Source: Rhina ancylostomus
Taxonomy: Eukaryota
Length of the DNA stretch: 64,000 nucleotides
Reading direction: 5' to 3'
Assembly: GCA_030265395.1 (NCBI GenBank)
Contig: JARFYF010000017.1
Location: 34,528,229 to 34,592,228 of the forward strand
Under the pieces are notes generated by a model that was given only the letters and a program-made list of their open reading frames with translations, did not search any database and was not told the DNA's origin. This document shows, one piece after another, positions 39,790 to 52,039 of the stretch. The translations under genes were made by a program, and so were the position numbers. Position 1 is the stretch's first letter. Each line of letters opens with the position of its first letter.

Positions 39790-40385
39790 TCAACTGCACA
39801 ACCTATACACATCAGTATGACCGCCTACTTCTCTGACTCTGAAATATCAGCCATCTCTGACTTTACCTCAATCTACTTAGACCCTTTATCACTGACAAAC
39901 TTACCTATGCCAATGTATTACTGGCTGGTCTACATTCCCAGCTTTCCAGAAATTTTAGCACATTCAAAACCATGGCTGCTTTTATTCCAGCCACTTCCCA
40001 ATCCAATTTATCCATTACTCACGGATTTGGTGACCTATGCCATTTTGCTGTTACCCAAAGCCTGCAAATTAAAGTGCTCAGTTCTATGTTCAATTACTTC
40101 GCCCCTTTCTATTCCTGCATCTTTCACCTTTCTCGTAAAGAGCTACCACATTTGTTGTGACTCTACATTCTCCAGGCAGCTGTTCCTTCGGCAATGTGGA
40201 TCTAAGGTATGCATTATCCCCCAGAAACCTCTACTCTCTCTCTCTCTCTCCTCACAGCCTACCACCTAGACTGAGATTTCAGTGACACACATGAGGCTTC
40301 ATATCCCCATGACAATTCTTCTCTGATTCCTCCTCCATAAAACATTTTGCTACATTAAAGGTGCCTTATAAATACAAGTTGTCAT
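39790..40385 (+). mobile_element. Old L2 LINE 3' fragment
   Basis: MTAYF...IS segment resembling the L2 'TAYFHLRNI' motif, and an L2-type tail ctacattaaaggtgccttataaatacaagttg. Confidence 0.55.
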
Positions 40386-42459
40386 TTAAAAATGTATTTA
40401 TGGATCTTTGCCACCAATTAAAACAATTTTCTTTATTTCAAATAAGCAACATAGTTTATAAATTGACTTGGATTTCAATTTTGGAGCAGCATTTAAGTTT
40501 AGAATGCTAATCTCTTTGGGGAATTCTATGCCTATTTGTGTGCCAGCCACATAGAAATATGAATAGCTAACTGCAACTAAGGGAACATTTTAAAGAAAAG
40601 TGGTAAAACTGGAGGAAAGAAAGCTTCAGAGTACATCATGAGGAGCGTGCTGTGATTTATCTGATCTAATGAGATTCCAGTTCCATAGCAGGCTGCGTTT
40701 CAAGTTCTTAAGGGTCTTGTGACCTTAAGACAAATAATTAAGGCTTTGAAAATACAAAAAGAAAGTTAGTTCATTAACTCTAGTTCAACAATAACCACTT
40801 CTACTGCCAAGCTTTCAGAGACAAGGCTGGTTTCCTTTTAAGTAATTGATGTAGACTTTCTTTAGTGGCCAGGCGAGACAACTTCTCAAACGTCAGTCAG
40901 GAAATCGGACCGTCAAAGGAAAACGATGCATTCCTTCCACCCGGTCTGGGTCAGATCAGCAAAACACAGAATTTATGTTGTTTCTTCCAAGTGCTTACAT
41001 TTTCATGCCCCCCTGTTGCTTAGATAAAGAAAACGTTTCTTCAACTATGTTATATATAACTCCAGCTAAGTTTGTGACAAAATCTGTCCTGTGTCTCTGA
41101 ATTGAGAAAATGAATCCATGTTTTACAGTTTGAAAGCTGAAAGGGTTATTGGATATCACCCGGGGAGCACAAAGCGAACAAGTTCTCATTTCTTATCCTG
41201 ACCTTGTGTGCATTTCCCCTTGCAAACTGTCTAGGCCTTCAGCCTTCATTTCTCATTCTCTCTGTGGTAGCACAGGAAGGACAGCTCAGGGCTTTCTGTC
41301 CAGGCTAAACAGATTGGGTTTTGTTAAAAAGCTTCTTTAACCAGAAACGGAAGGGAATACTGCGAGCAAACTGGAAACTGGCAGAGCTATTACTTTTCAT
41401 GGTTCACAACTCAGTGTCAATATGCAAAAATTCTTCTTATTCCTGGCACTGAAAATGACACTTGGTGCACTGTTACACATTTTCCCACAGTTAGTCTTAG
41501 GCAATGTCCAAAGGTCAAAGGAAACAATTTTGGTTTTAAAAATACAAAAGAGGTCACTTGGTGAAGCAGAACTGGCTCTGTTAAGACAGCAAATGTATCC
41601 ATCCAGTTTAAAGAGATTCATTCCCTATCTGGCAGTTTACTTAGGCTGTACTTCAGATACAGCAGAAATAGAAAACTCATTGTTCTCAAAATTGAATCCC
41701 TGCTTTGTTTTACAGCATTCCCTTAACTGTTTCTTCAACCTACTCCTTGATTTGAAAAAAATCCTTAATGCATTTCTTCAGTACAAATGGGAGCTATTCA
41801 CAGTACCTTTAACAGCTGAGCCACCTATACCGAGATCAGTGCATTTTCTAGGATCAGGTCTAATTAAGTATGAACAGTGTGTTCTTAAATATAATATTCT
41901 AGCCATCCGAACCTTACTATTTTAGGAGAGTGGATACTAGTGCTGCTATATAGATAAAAAATTAGCAGATCTAGGTTCAAAGGGAGCATGTTTTTAATGA
42001 ATTAAAGTTTCAGCACCTTACAAATCGCTGGCACACTGGTGTCAAAATATCCCTAAGCTCCTTGATTTGCTTATGCATTAGTCTCAATGCTCCTCAAGGA
42101 AATGTAGGAAAAGGGTGCCTGTTTGGCAGCTCATGAACAGTGAACTGCTTAGAATGAAAGGAAGATGCCAGTCTACAATATTGCTATCCCTATCAACCCA
42201 AAGAAGTAAAACCCCTGGACCCAATAAATGGCAAAGTATGCATGCCACAAAGGATTTCCGTCCACTCTACAATTCCAATATTTGGAATGTTCACAGTAAA
42301 TGCTCTTTCTGTGGTAGGCCACAATGTAGCATTTAAATAACTTGTAAACTCAATAACCATAAAAGGTTTCACTCAGAATTAACTTTAATAATATCATCAG
42401 TGGAATTAAAAGCACCATACACGTGTATTTATTACACTTGTCTGTAGGAACTACTACTC

Positions 42460-42760
42460 ATCTGGCTGGGGTGTCCAGAATGAAGGATCACAGGTTACAG
42501 GCAAGATATTTAGGACTGAGATGAGGAGGAATTTCTTCACACAAAGGAAAGTGACCCTGTGAATTCAGCACCACAGCGGGTTGTAGAGGCAAAGTCACTG
42601 AATATTTTTAAGGAAATAGATGAATTTCTCAATGTCAAAGGCAATCAAGGGTTATGGGAGGAGAGCAGGAATATGATATTGGGATAGATGACCAGCCATG
42701 ATTGCAATGACTCAAAGAGCCAAATGACCTACTCATTCTCCTAATGTTTCTATGCCTTAA
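42460..42760 (+). mobile_element. CR1 LINE 3' end
   Basis: tttaggactgagatgaggaggaatttcttcac...gaccagccatgattg...ccaaatgacctactc. Confidence 0.8.
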
Positions 42761-44069
42761 TGCTATCTTTTTGTTCATTAGCAGCATTTATATCAAAAAC
42801 AGAAAGAGACAATGAGGAGGTCTTTGGCATGCTTTGTAGGGGCCAATTAAAAAAAAAACATTAGCATGGAAGCCATGGGGGGAAAGAAACATGGTGATTC
42901 AAGTTTATGCCCCTAGCTCAGACCCAGTTCTATCCTTGTGTGGAGGGTATTGGGTTCTTGTACTGCAGAGCATCATTTAGAATATGACCATCAAGAAAAT
43001 GTTTATTTATTGTGGCAGTCAACTCTCAACTGAACTTGAACCATAAGACATCGAACATTGGGATAGTTATCCAAAGGACACAATTTCTTCAAGTAATGGC
43101 AACATCAACAACCTAAAAATAACAGTTTCACAATGGCTAAAATACAGGAAACAACAAACCAATATACATTACCAAACTACGCCCTGTCTTAAAAAAACAA
43201 ACGACCCTGAACAAATAGATGAATACATTTACGTACATTAACTCAAGCACAAATAGTAAATTAACACATCAGTCATTGATTTTTAATCCACTAAGATTAA
43301 CCAAATCGTGCAGGTGTGTTCAGCACTTTCCACACATCTGTTCTACATGTTGGGACAGCTCAAGGGTCATCTTCCCAGAACCTCTCATGGCAATTCTTTG
43401 ATTCTGTCTCAGTTTCACTCTGGCTTGCCTCCTGCTCAACAGGAAAAACTCCCTCAGGATCTTTCTGCCACTCATATGTCTGATCATCAGCAGTTTCATA
43501 TTCACTTACTCTCTGGCAGACACAATTATGCCTTTGGTTCCTTATGGAGAAACCTGCACAATAATTGCATTCCTTTGCTCCTTTTCGGGATTGTGGAATT
43601 CACTTACATTTATACTCTATCATTAGCTCTTCTTGTGCTTCAGCTATTTCTTGGCCTTTATCTTCACTAGAGCTCTTCGAAGCTGGTTCTGCTTTGGCTT
43701 GAAGGACTGCATGCTGAGCAGACACAATTGGTGATACTACAACCTTGGTAACCCCTGCATTAGATTCCCCGCAGCTGCCGAAATGCTTGGTATTCTTGCA
43801 ACTTGGCCAATAGACTTGTGGGAAGCCAATAGCTCTACATGTTTTGAGAGAGATATATTTTGTATGAACTCTTGTGTTTAATACAGCCTGTTTTAAACTT
43901 GCCATGTAACCTCTGCTATGGATTTTATCTTCCAAAGGGTCATCGAGCCTTCATTATGTTTGCTTAACCTGGCTGATCTAGCCAATCCCATGCAGCTTAT
44001 TATCCTTTATCCTGTCTCTCCAAACCATTGTCTAATACAGCAATACCATGCACGTAAGAGATAGTGATA

Positions 44070-44245
44070 GGCTTATGTAATTGTCAAGATCCTCATGGGT
44101 ACAAGAGGTGGCACCAGTACAGTTATCAATATAGAGGAGAAAGAGTTGAGGAATTGGGGCTGGAGTAGGCTTGGAACAGAGACTGTTCAACGTAGGCAAT
44201 GAAGAGGCAGACATATCTGGGGCCCATGGGAGTGCCACTATCACT
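44070..44245 (-). mobile_element. Penelope-like element RT fragment
   Basis: Minus translation PIPQLFLLYIDNCTGATSCTHEDLDNYI (decayed RYIDD catalytic motif). The alternate frame gives MGPRYVCLFIAYVEQSLFQAYS, typical of PLE RT. Confidence 0.85.
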
Positions 44246-44249
44246 ATCT

Positions 44250-44455
44250 CTTACCTGCATCTACCTATCACCACCTTGTGGCCACCCCACCTCCCCCCTT
44301 TTGTCCACCTATCACTGCTCTGCTTTTCCCTCCTTTATATTGGGTTTCCTCCTTTTCTACCTTCCGTCCTGAAGAAGGGTCCTGACCCAAAACATTTACT
44401 GCCTGCTTTTCTCCACGGGCGCTGCCTGGCCTGCTGAGTTCACCCAGCACCATAG
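44250..44455 (+). mobile_element. Penelope-like terminal repeat with decayed hammerhead ribozyme core
   Basis: CTGAAGA (44369-44375), gggt/cctg/accc stem, then AAAA where GAAA is expected. It is inverted relative to the adjacent RT, a known PLE arrangement. Confidence 0.7.
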
Positions 44456-44469
44456 ATGCTGGGATGTGT

Positions 44470-44740
44470 TAACCAGTAGGAGAGTCTCCAATAAGGAGAC
44501 ATAACAAGGGGCTGGTCATCTAAAACTCAGGTTCATAGAAAGTTTTTGTCCCAAATGGTGGTGAATTTCTGGATTCTTTGCCCCAGTGAGAGGTGGAAGC
44601 TGGATTATTATAAGTATTTAAAGTGGAAGTGGAGAAATAGAATGGAAGAGGAGTTGAAGCTAGCATAGATCAGCCATAATATTAAATAGAAGGGCAGACA
44701 TGAAAGGTCTGATAGCCTGCTCCTGCTCCTATTCTCTTGT
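44470..44740 (+). mobile_element. CR1 LINE 3' end
   Basis: ggtggtgaatttctggattctttgccccag...agatcagccat...gcctgctcctgctcctattc. Confidence 0.7.
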
Positions 44741-44754
44741 TTAACAATCTCACT

Positions 44755-45390
44755 GCACAAGTATCAGGCAATGGTTATCTCTAATGAGGGAAACATCTCA
44801 CCTTTACATTCAAGACTGTCCCTCGCTGTCAAAATTCTGGTATAACCATAAACTAGAAACTTAACTGAACCAGCCACCTAAATTGTGGCACTAAAACAGT
44901 CAGCTGGGTCTCTTTTAGTAAATGACATGCCTGACTCCAAACCTTTTCTACCATCTACAAGGAACATGTCAGAAATATGATGGAATACACTCTATTAACT
45001 TGGATAAGTTCATTCCAATAATACTTGAGCAGCTTAATACCATCCAAGATAAATCAGTCCACTTCATTGGCACCCAATCCACCACCCAAAAAATTAACAT
45101 CCTCTCTCACTGGCTCTGGAGTGTGTGCCATCTAAAAACCCCATGTAGATGCTCATAAAGGCTACTTCAACTACATCACCACCCACACCACCCCTCAAAC
45201 CCCCAATCTCTATCAGTAGGAAGATTACAAGCAGCTGGACCATGGGAACCACAACACAAATCATCACCACCTTACCATACCATAAACCATCACTCTGCCA
45301 CCTCTCTCCCATCCCCAGTTGTCCCATTGGCTCCCCTCCATGTCGCACACAATCCTAACTTGAAAACATATCACTGTTGTTTCATCTGCA
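44755..45390 (+). mobile_element. CR1/L2/Jockey-group LINE 3' fragment
   Basis: Colinear with 49830-50330 (caggcaatggttatctctaa; agaaacttaactg; accatctacaagg; catccaagataaa; catgggaac). Confidence 0.65.
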
Positions 45391-48300
45391 TGTGGGTATA
45401 TATTTGTTAACAATAAAGCCTGCTGCATTTCACTGCCACCATCTCAAGAGCATCTCAAATGCCTTCCTAATCCCGTAAGTTAATAAAAGAAATCATGAAG
45501 TTTAAATCTGCTTGTCGTGCATTGTGTAAAATTACAGTGAAGCAAGAGATTTTGAGTAAATAAATAAAGCAATTTTGGTCATTAACAATGTTGACTATAT
45601 AAGCACTAATGGGCTCAGAAGTTCTGTATGCCTGCCAGGTACATTAGGATCATGCTCATTATGCCTTCCAGTGAGAAGAGTGGGATGACACCCTACTAGC
45701 ATGGGCCAGGTGTTTCTTTCACAGGTCGGTGCCATAGTGGGAATTACACAGGGATTTCCTGCCCCTAAACCCACTTTGCCCCAACCCCAAGACACCAGGG
45801 GACTCTACTCAGTGCCTCGAGTAAGGAGGGTCAGATGATGCTGAGCTCACTGCATTTTGAAGTTGTGTAGCAGGAGAGATGGCTTGTAAAAATTTTCAAC
45901 GAAAAGTTAAGTAGAAATACATAAAAATAAATTATTTAAATCATTAAACTAAGGCAAAATGATTTAAAAAATACCTTCCCCTTTGCAGGTTGGGATTCCC
46001 ATTGAAATTTCAGATCCTGTGCCTGGTCGGACTGATTTAGGATCTTGGAGGTGATGTCTCAGCACAGTACTGGGGAATGCCAGTAAGATGGGGGCCCATC
46101 ATTGGACTCTGTGGGGAGTCCAGCAGCAAGGCAGAACTGACAGATTCAGTCTTCATTGTGTCCTGACTAAGTCCTGAACTCACAGCCCCCGTGTATGAAT
46201 CTGGGGCTTACTTCCACTAAATGATTGAACAGCAGCAGTCCCCTTTAGAACCATCCGCCACATAGGACTATGTACAATGTGTATCCACATTCATACTTAC
46301 TTCACTGAGGCCCTGCAAACCCTTTCAGAGTTAATTTGAAGGAGCTGCTTTACTCATATACCCATGAGTTCAAGTGCTAAAACTAAATGATTGAGGAATT
46401 AGAGAATAGTTTGAGCATGTTTACAATCTAAAAACTGGTTGCTGGCAGTTGTGCAGTAAACAGGAGGAAATGGTACCACTAATTGTAACAGAAATATGTT
46501 ATTGTATTGTTTTAGTTAAAGAGGTAAGCACAATGTCAAGCTGACCTTTCACTGCGCCTGCACCGGCTCCACTGAGATGATCTGGATGTATGAGTGTCTA
46601 AAGTTAGAGGAGGATCTATTTTATATAGTTGTCATGGACCTAATGTTGTATTTGCTGCAAAATGTAGTCTGTAACGGGTGAGGAAATACTTCCAATTATT
46701 TTTGAGATCCAACTTTTTGTTCTAAGTAAAATAAGGTTAACTCAAGATATTTGATGTGTTTACACAAATACAAAAAAATTAACATTAACTCCTCTGATTT
46801 CTATGAAATTCTAAATTAATGGCTTCAATATCAAGGTATGTGCATGATTTGTAAAGAAAATCATTTTGCGCGATTCTCTCGAGAAACACAATCCAACAAT
46901 TACCTCTGCTTTATTCTACTAACCTGTTGAGAAAGAAAATACAGATGCCTTGGCATTTTCTTGGTTGTGTTCATAACAATACAGCTAAATAAACATTCAA
47001 CCTCTCAAGAAACTTAGAATTTAATACCCTGTTACTAAAGATAAGAATGGATATCAAGGAAAAGTTAAAAATACATTGCTTTATCTTTGGTAAACACCCA
47101 ATCTAAGTAATTGTTCACTCTTTCATTCTCTCCATCTGATCCAGCATGAACTGGAATGAACAATGATATAGATTTTCATAGAACATTAAACACCACAGCA
47201 CAGTGCAGGCCCTTTGGCCCACAATGTTGTGCTGACATATTCGCTTTAAACATTTATCCCCTCGATACATGCAGAATACAGTTTTCCCATACATTTGCCA
47301 TAACATTGCTGTAAAAAGTTGTAGAAATCCAGAAAGAAGGGTAAGGATAATTTATGTCATTGAGGCTCAGATGCCACACTCTGACCTGTTTAATCATTTC
47401 CTTCAGATCAACCAACAATCTGGATGGTTCATAAAATGCTCTTATTCCCACATACGCTTGTGCCATCAGCACAACAAGAAATTTCACTTTGATCCCTCCA
47501 TTCAAACAATGGATAAAGATGGTAAAATGCTTCTTACCTCGAAATTCCAGACTGGTGGGCAGCAATGACGGTTTTGGATGATGGTCCAATGCATTAAAAT
47601 TCAGTTAAGCCCGAGGCCTTGTCATTGCATTTTTTTGCAGCCAAAAAATGTGCTGAACACTCCTCCTTTCCAGATGCTAGACTTGGAAGCTTATTGGCTA
47701 CAGACCCAGAGGCATGGGCACCTTGCATTTCAAGGGAAGGGAGTTGGGAGGATTGATGGGAGCAGGAGGCCAGTAGAATGTTAGGGGAAATCAGGGGAGC
47801 AAGACTGGTGGCAAATGTGGGGACTGTAATTTTGGGGGTGGGGACAGCAGATTGAGTGGTGGGCTAGAGATCAAGGGGTATTAAAGGTCATCATTTTAAT
47901 TGGGGTGAGGTGGGGAGATGAATGAATAAAGGTAATTACTTACCTTGTAGACCTCCCAGCTCTGTGTGTTGAAGACCATGAGTGGTCAATGATGTGCACT
48001 GCCAGAATATGGAGATCCAAGTTCTCCTGCAATGCTCCAGAAAGAATGCTACACAGCAAATGATGGCATCCCGTGGATCCCTGGCATGGAAATGGGTTGG
48101 GTTTGCAAGGATGATTGACAACAGAAGAGTCTAGTTAACTTTTCCAAGTAATGCAAATGATCCAGAAACAGTTCCTGTCTCATTCCACTCCAAAAACAAA
48201 ATCAATTTTCAATTGAATAAATGAGAACGAGAAAAAAAACAGCTTTATGCAATTAAATTGCTAGGCTACTGTATTTATCCTGCCCTCAGGACTCATGCAT

Positions 48301-48519
48301 GGACCCATTCAAAGCTATCATTATTATTATTAACTATCCCTGTCTACCTGAATGCAAGCTATTCACTCTCCAGTTTACAATTTGACCACCAATCCCATCA
48401 GATGCAAATTCATTTACAAGTCTTCTGTATAGCATTTTGTGAAAAACTTTTGATGCACCAAAGACCTCCATGTCTTTGATTTCAGCAGTCATCCTGACAA
48501 AATTTTTGGCATTAAAGGC

Positions 48520-48721
48520 TATATTTTTTTTAACAAAATAAACTTTATTCATAATAAAAGAAACTATATGCAATAATAAAACAGTTCAAAACTTTACATT
48601 TGTGTTCAGTTCCACTCTTAAGGTTACTTTTTATATACAAAAAACACAGCACCTATGCCACTCGTGTGGCTCCTTGGGCTGATACCCCAATCCCATATTT
48701 ACAATATTTGAGGGGCTTCCT
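48520..48721 (-). mobile_element. Probable LINE 3' end (Tx1-like tail), runs into gap
   Basis: Minus strand ends atgaataaagtttattttgttaaaaaaaa (polyA signal plus A tail); family uncertain. Confidence 0.4.
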
Positions 48722-49234
48722 NNNNNNNNNNNNNNNNNNNNNNNNNNNNNNNNNNNNNNNNNNNNNNNNNNNNNNNNNNNNNNNNNNNNNNNNNNNNNNN
48801 NNNNNNNNNNNNNNNNNNNNNNNNNNNNNNNNNNNNNNNNNNNNNNNNNNNNNNNNNNNNNNNNNNNNNNNNNNNNNNNNNNNNNNNNNNNNNNNNNNNN
48901 NNNNNNNNNNNNNNNNNNNNNNNNNNNNAGTTGTCCTTGTACATGAATCAGCAGAAGTTGAAATCCTGGCATAGCAAGTAATTAGAAATGCTAACAATAT
49001 GTTGGCCTTTATGAATTTGAATGCAAGATACCTTTCAGTTATAAGGTTAGAAGGGAGAAGTTGGGATAAAGCATTCCATAAAGCAAAGAGAGCTGAGAGG
49101 AGATTTGATAGAAGTAAACAACATGATGGCAGGTTTAGATCAGGTGATTACAAGGAAGCTGTTCCTACTAATGCTTGGTTCAAGGCCCTTGGCTAAACCA
49201 AGGTTTTAGCCAAGAGACACAAGGGGGATGTGAA

Positions 49235-50495
49235 GAACACCCAGGTATGCCCTGTTCACAAAAGGCAGTACAAGCCAATCCAGCTAACTACCTCTCAAAT
49301 CAGTCCACTTTCAATCATCAGCAAGCTGATGGAAGGCATCATTGACAGTGCGATCAAGCAACACTCTCCTATAACCTGCTCACTGATCTCCAATTTAGAA
49401 TTCATCAAGACCTCTTGACCAGATTCATCACATCCTTGGTCCACACCTATTGCAAACAGATGAATTCCAAAGGAAGTGAGGTGACTGCCCCTGATATTAA
49501 GGCAGCATTAGACTGCCCTGGCAAAATTGAACTGAATAGGCATCAAGAGGAAAACACTTCTGTGAATGGAAATCAAACCTCACACTCAGGAAGACAGTTG
49601 TACTTTTCAGAGGTCAGTCATCATAGACCCAGGACATCTTCGGCTGATTCATCAGTGACCTTCGTTCATCATAAGGTTAGAATTAAAGATGTATGTTGAT
49701 GATTGCACAATATTTGATCCCATTCATTGTTCCTCAGCAGATGAAGCAGCTCATGCCCACATGTAGCAAGGCCCAGACAACATTCTGGTGTCGGCTGACA
49801 AATGGCATGCAAACTTCAGTAATAGAATGTCAGGCAGTGAACATCTCCAACAAGAGAAGGCCTAAGAGACCAACTCCTGACATTCAATAGCATTACCTTT
49901 ACTAAATCCACCACCTTTAATATCCTTAGGGTCTCTTTTGACCAGAAACTTAATGGGATCATCCACATAAATACCAGGGCTACAAGGACAGGTCAGAGGC
50001 TGTGGCAGGAGACTCAAAAAAACCTTTCCACCACCTCAAGCAGCTCAACACCATCCAGGTTGCTTTGTTAGCACCCCATCAACTGTCCTAAAGCATTCAT
50101 TTGCTCCACCGTCATCACAGAATGGCCACAGCAGACATCATTTGCAATCTTCACTGCTGTACCTGGCTTAGGATACTCTGACAATAACTCCCAAACCCAC
50201 ATCCCCTAACACAAAGAAAGACAAGGAAAGAAAGAGCATGGGAACACCTCCACCTGCAGGTTCCCTTCCAAGTTGCATACCACCCTAATTTGGAAATAAG
50301 TCACTAGTTATTGCTGGTCCTTCTGGGTACAAATCTTGGGAACCCCTCCCCAGCAGCACTATGGAAGTACCTTCAATAGAAGGACAGCAGCAGTTCAAGA
50401 AGATGGCATGCAACCAACTTCTCAAAGCCACTTAAGGATGGGCAATAAGTGCAAACGTCACCTGTAATGTCCAGATCTAGAAAAATGAATAAAGG
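49235..50495 (+). mobile_element. CR1/L2/Jockey-group LINE RT and 3' end (degraded)
   Basis: QVCPVHK...ISPLSIISKLMEGIIDSAIKQH, DIKAALD, and MYVDDCTIF (decayed YADD) motifs; 3' tail aaaaatgaataaa. Confidence 0.8.
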
Positions 50496-50561
50496 ATCAA
50501 GACTGATATCCATAGTATTTTTCACATAACGGGAATCAGAGAAATGGAGTTTGTTCAGCAT

Positions 50562-50857
50562 GGCAGAGTGGTGAGGCTAGTAGAGCCGCCGACTCACAGA
50601 GCCAAAGAGCCAGGTTCANNNNNNNNNNNNNNNNNNNNNNNNGTGGAGTTCTCTCTGCGACTGCATGGGTTTCCTCCCAGGTGAGTGTAGGTAAGTGTTA
50701 GAATCTTGGGGGGGGGGAAAAGGAGGGGGTTCAAGAGAACCTAGAGAAAATAAAAAATGGGATTAATGTAGCATTAGTGTAAAATGGAGGCTTGATGGTC
50801 AGTACAGACTTGATAGGCTGAAGGGACTGTTTCTATGCTGTATCGCTCAATGATTCT
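50562..50857 (+). mobile_element. V-SINE
   Basis: tRNA-like head, gtggagttctctctgcgactgcatgggtttcc, and tail ggctgaagggactgtttctatgctgtat. Confidence 0.8.
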
Positions 50858-51299
50858 AGTGCTGCTGAGGTAAAAGGTCAACCATAATTATATTGAATTG
50901 GCAGGTTAGGCATGAGAAGCAGAATGACCCACTCACGTTTCTATTTCTTATATGTTTCTGTTAAAAATGGCGGTTTCCTGATGCACCTGAGAACCTGGTC
51001 GCAAAATATTAAATCTATGCCCTCTTGTCCTTGAACTATTCATGAATAGGAACAGCTTCACCCAATATACATCTATCATTATCTTGTATGTCACTACCAT
51101 ATATCCCCACAACCTCCTTCACTCTACAGAGAAAAACTCCAGTTTCACCACTGTAACCTTATAGGTGAAATCTCTCGTTCTTGCAGACATTCTAGTGAAT
51201 CTTTCCTGCAGCTAATTTTGGGCCTTCACGTTCTTCCTACAGTTAGGAGAACAGAATTGGATGCCGTAGTCCAGATGTCCCCTAAGAAGTGCTTCAGCC

Positions 51300-51975
51300 A
51301 TTGGAAGAAGGTGGATGAGGAAAAGGCTGGCATGACTTTCCTTGTGGCATACACCAGGACGATCACTCTTTAGTTACCACAGTCAGGCTTGTCTCCTTTC
51401 CTGAAGATGGTCATGATTACAGCATTGTTGAGATTCCTTCTCCCAGATGTGGATTTATGATTGAAGCTCTTCATCACTGAGGTTAGGATTTCAGTGGGGA
51501 TACCTTATGATCCTGAAGCTTATTTTTTTTCATGTAATTCAGATGTGACACTCTTGACTTCTTGTCAGTTGGAGTGATGGCAAACACCGACGAGCTGCTC
51601 CCTGAATCACGGTGTGGATTCTGTACACCCANNNNNNNNNNNNNNNNNNTCTTCACTTTGCAACTACTGTAAGAAAATGCAAGAAGCAGCACCAACATCT
51701 TTTTGACATCATTAAAGCCTTTGACTCTATCAGTCAGGAAGGAGAGGGAACACCTTCCTCAAATTGGCTGCAAAGATATTTGCCTCCTTACACTTCCTCC
51801 ATGACAGCATATGATTCTAGTCAATGGGTCTACCACAGAACCAATCTCAGTGAAGTCAGGTATTGGTCAAAGCTGTGTCATTGCTCCAACACTTTTCACA
51901 TTCTTTCTTTCTTGCCACATTGTTGCCTCTCACTTGCAAAAACCTTCCCGAGGGAGTGGAGCTAATCTTCAGAAC
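51300..51975. mobile_element. RTE LINE fragments (minus before the gap, plus after it)
   Basis: Plus: FDIIKAFDSI and ILVNGSTTEPISVKSGIGQSCVIAPTLF. Minus: ELLPESRCGF-like and IFRKGDK segments. Confidence 0.7.
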
Positions 51976-52039
51976 AGTGATTACAGTAACTTCAGATTTA
52001 GAATAGTCATGGAAGTGGGCAAGGTACAAAGGGCAATAC

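Noticed and set aside
39817-40269. 150-aa ORF
   Set aside because: It lies within a decayed L2 fragment and is not a host gene.
41422-41925. 167-aa ORF with a signal-peptide-like start
   Set aside because: Leu/Phe-rich composition expected of AT-rich random sequence; no recognisable domain or convincing gene structure.
46290-46320. Very short minus-strand exon-like segments (also near 47535 and 59115)
   Set aside because: Donor matches are good but acceptors are weak or lengths break the frame; expected by chance in 64 kb.
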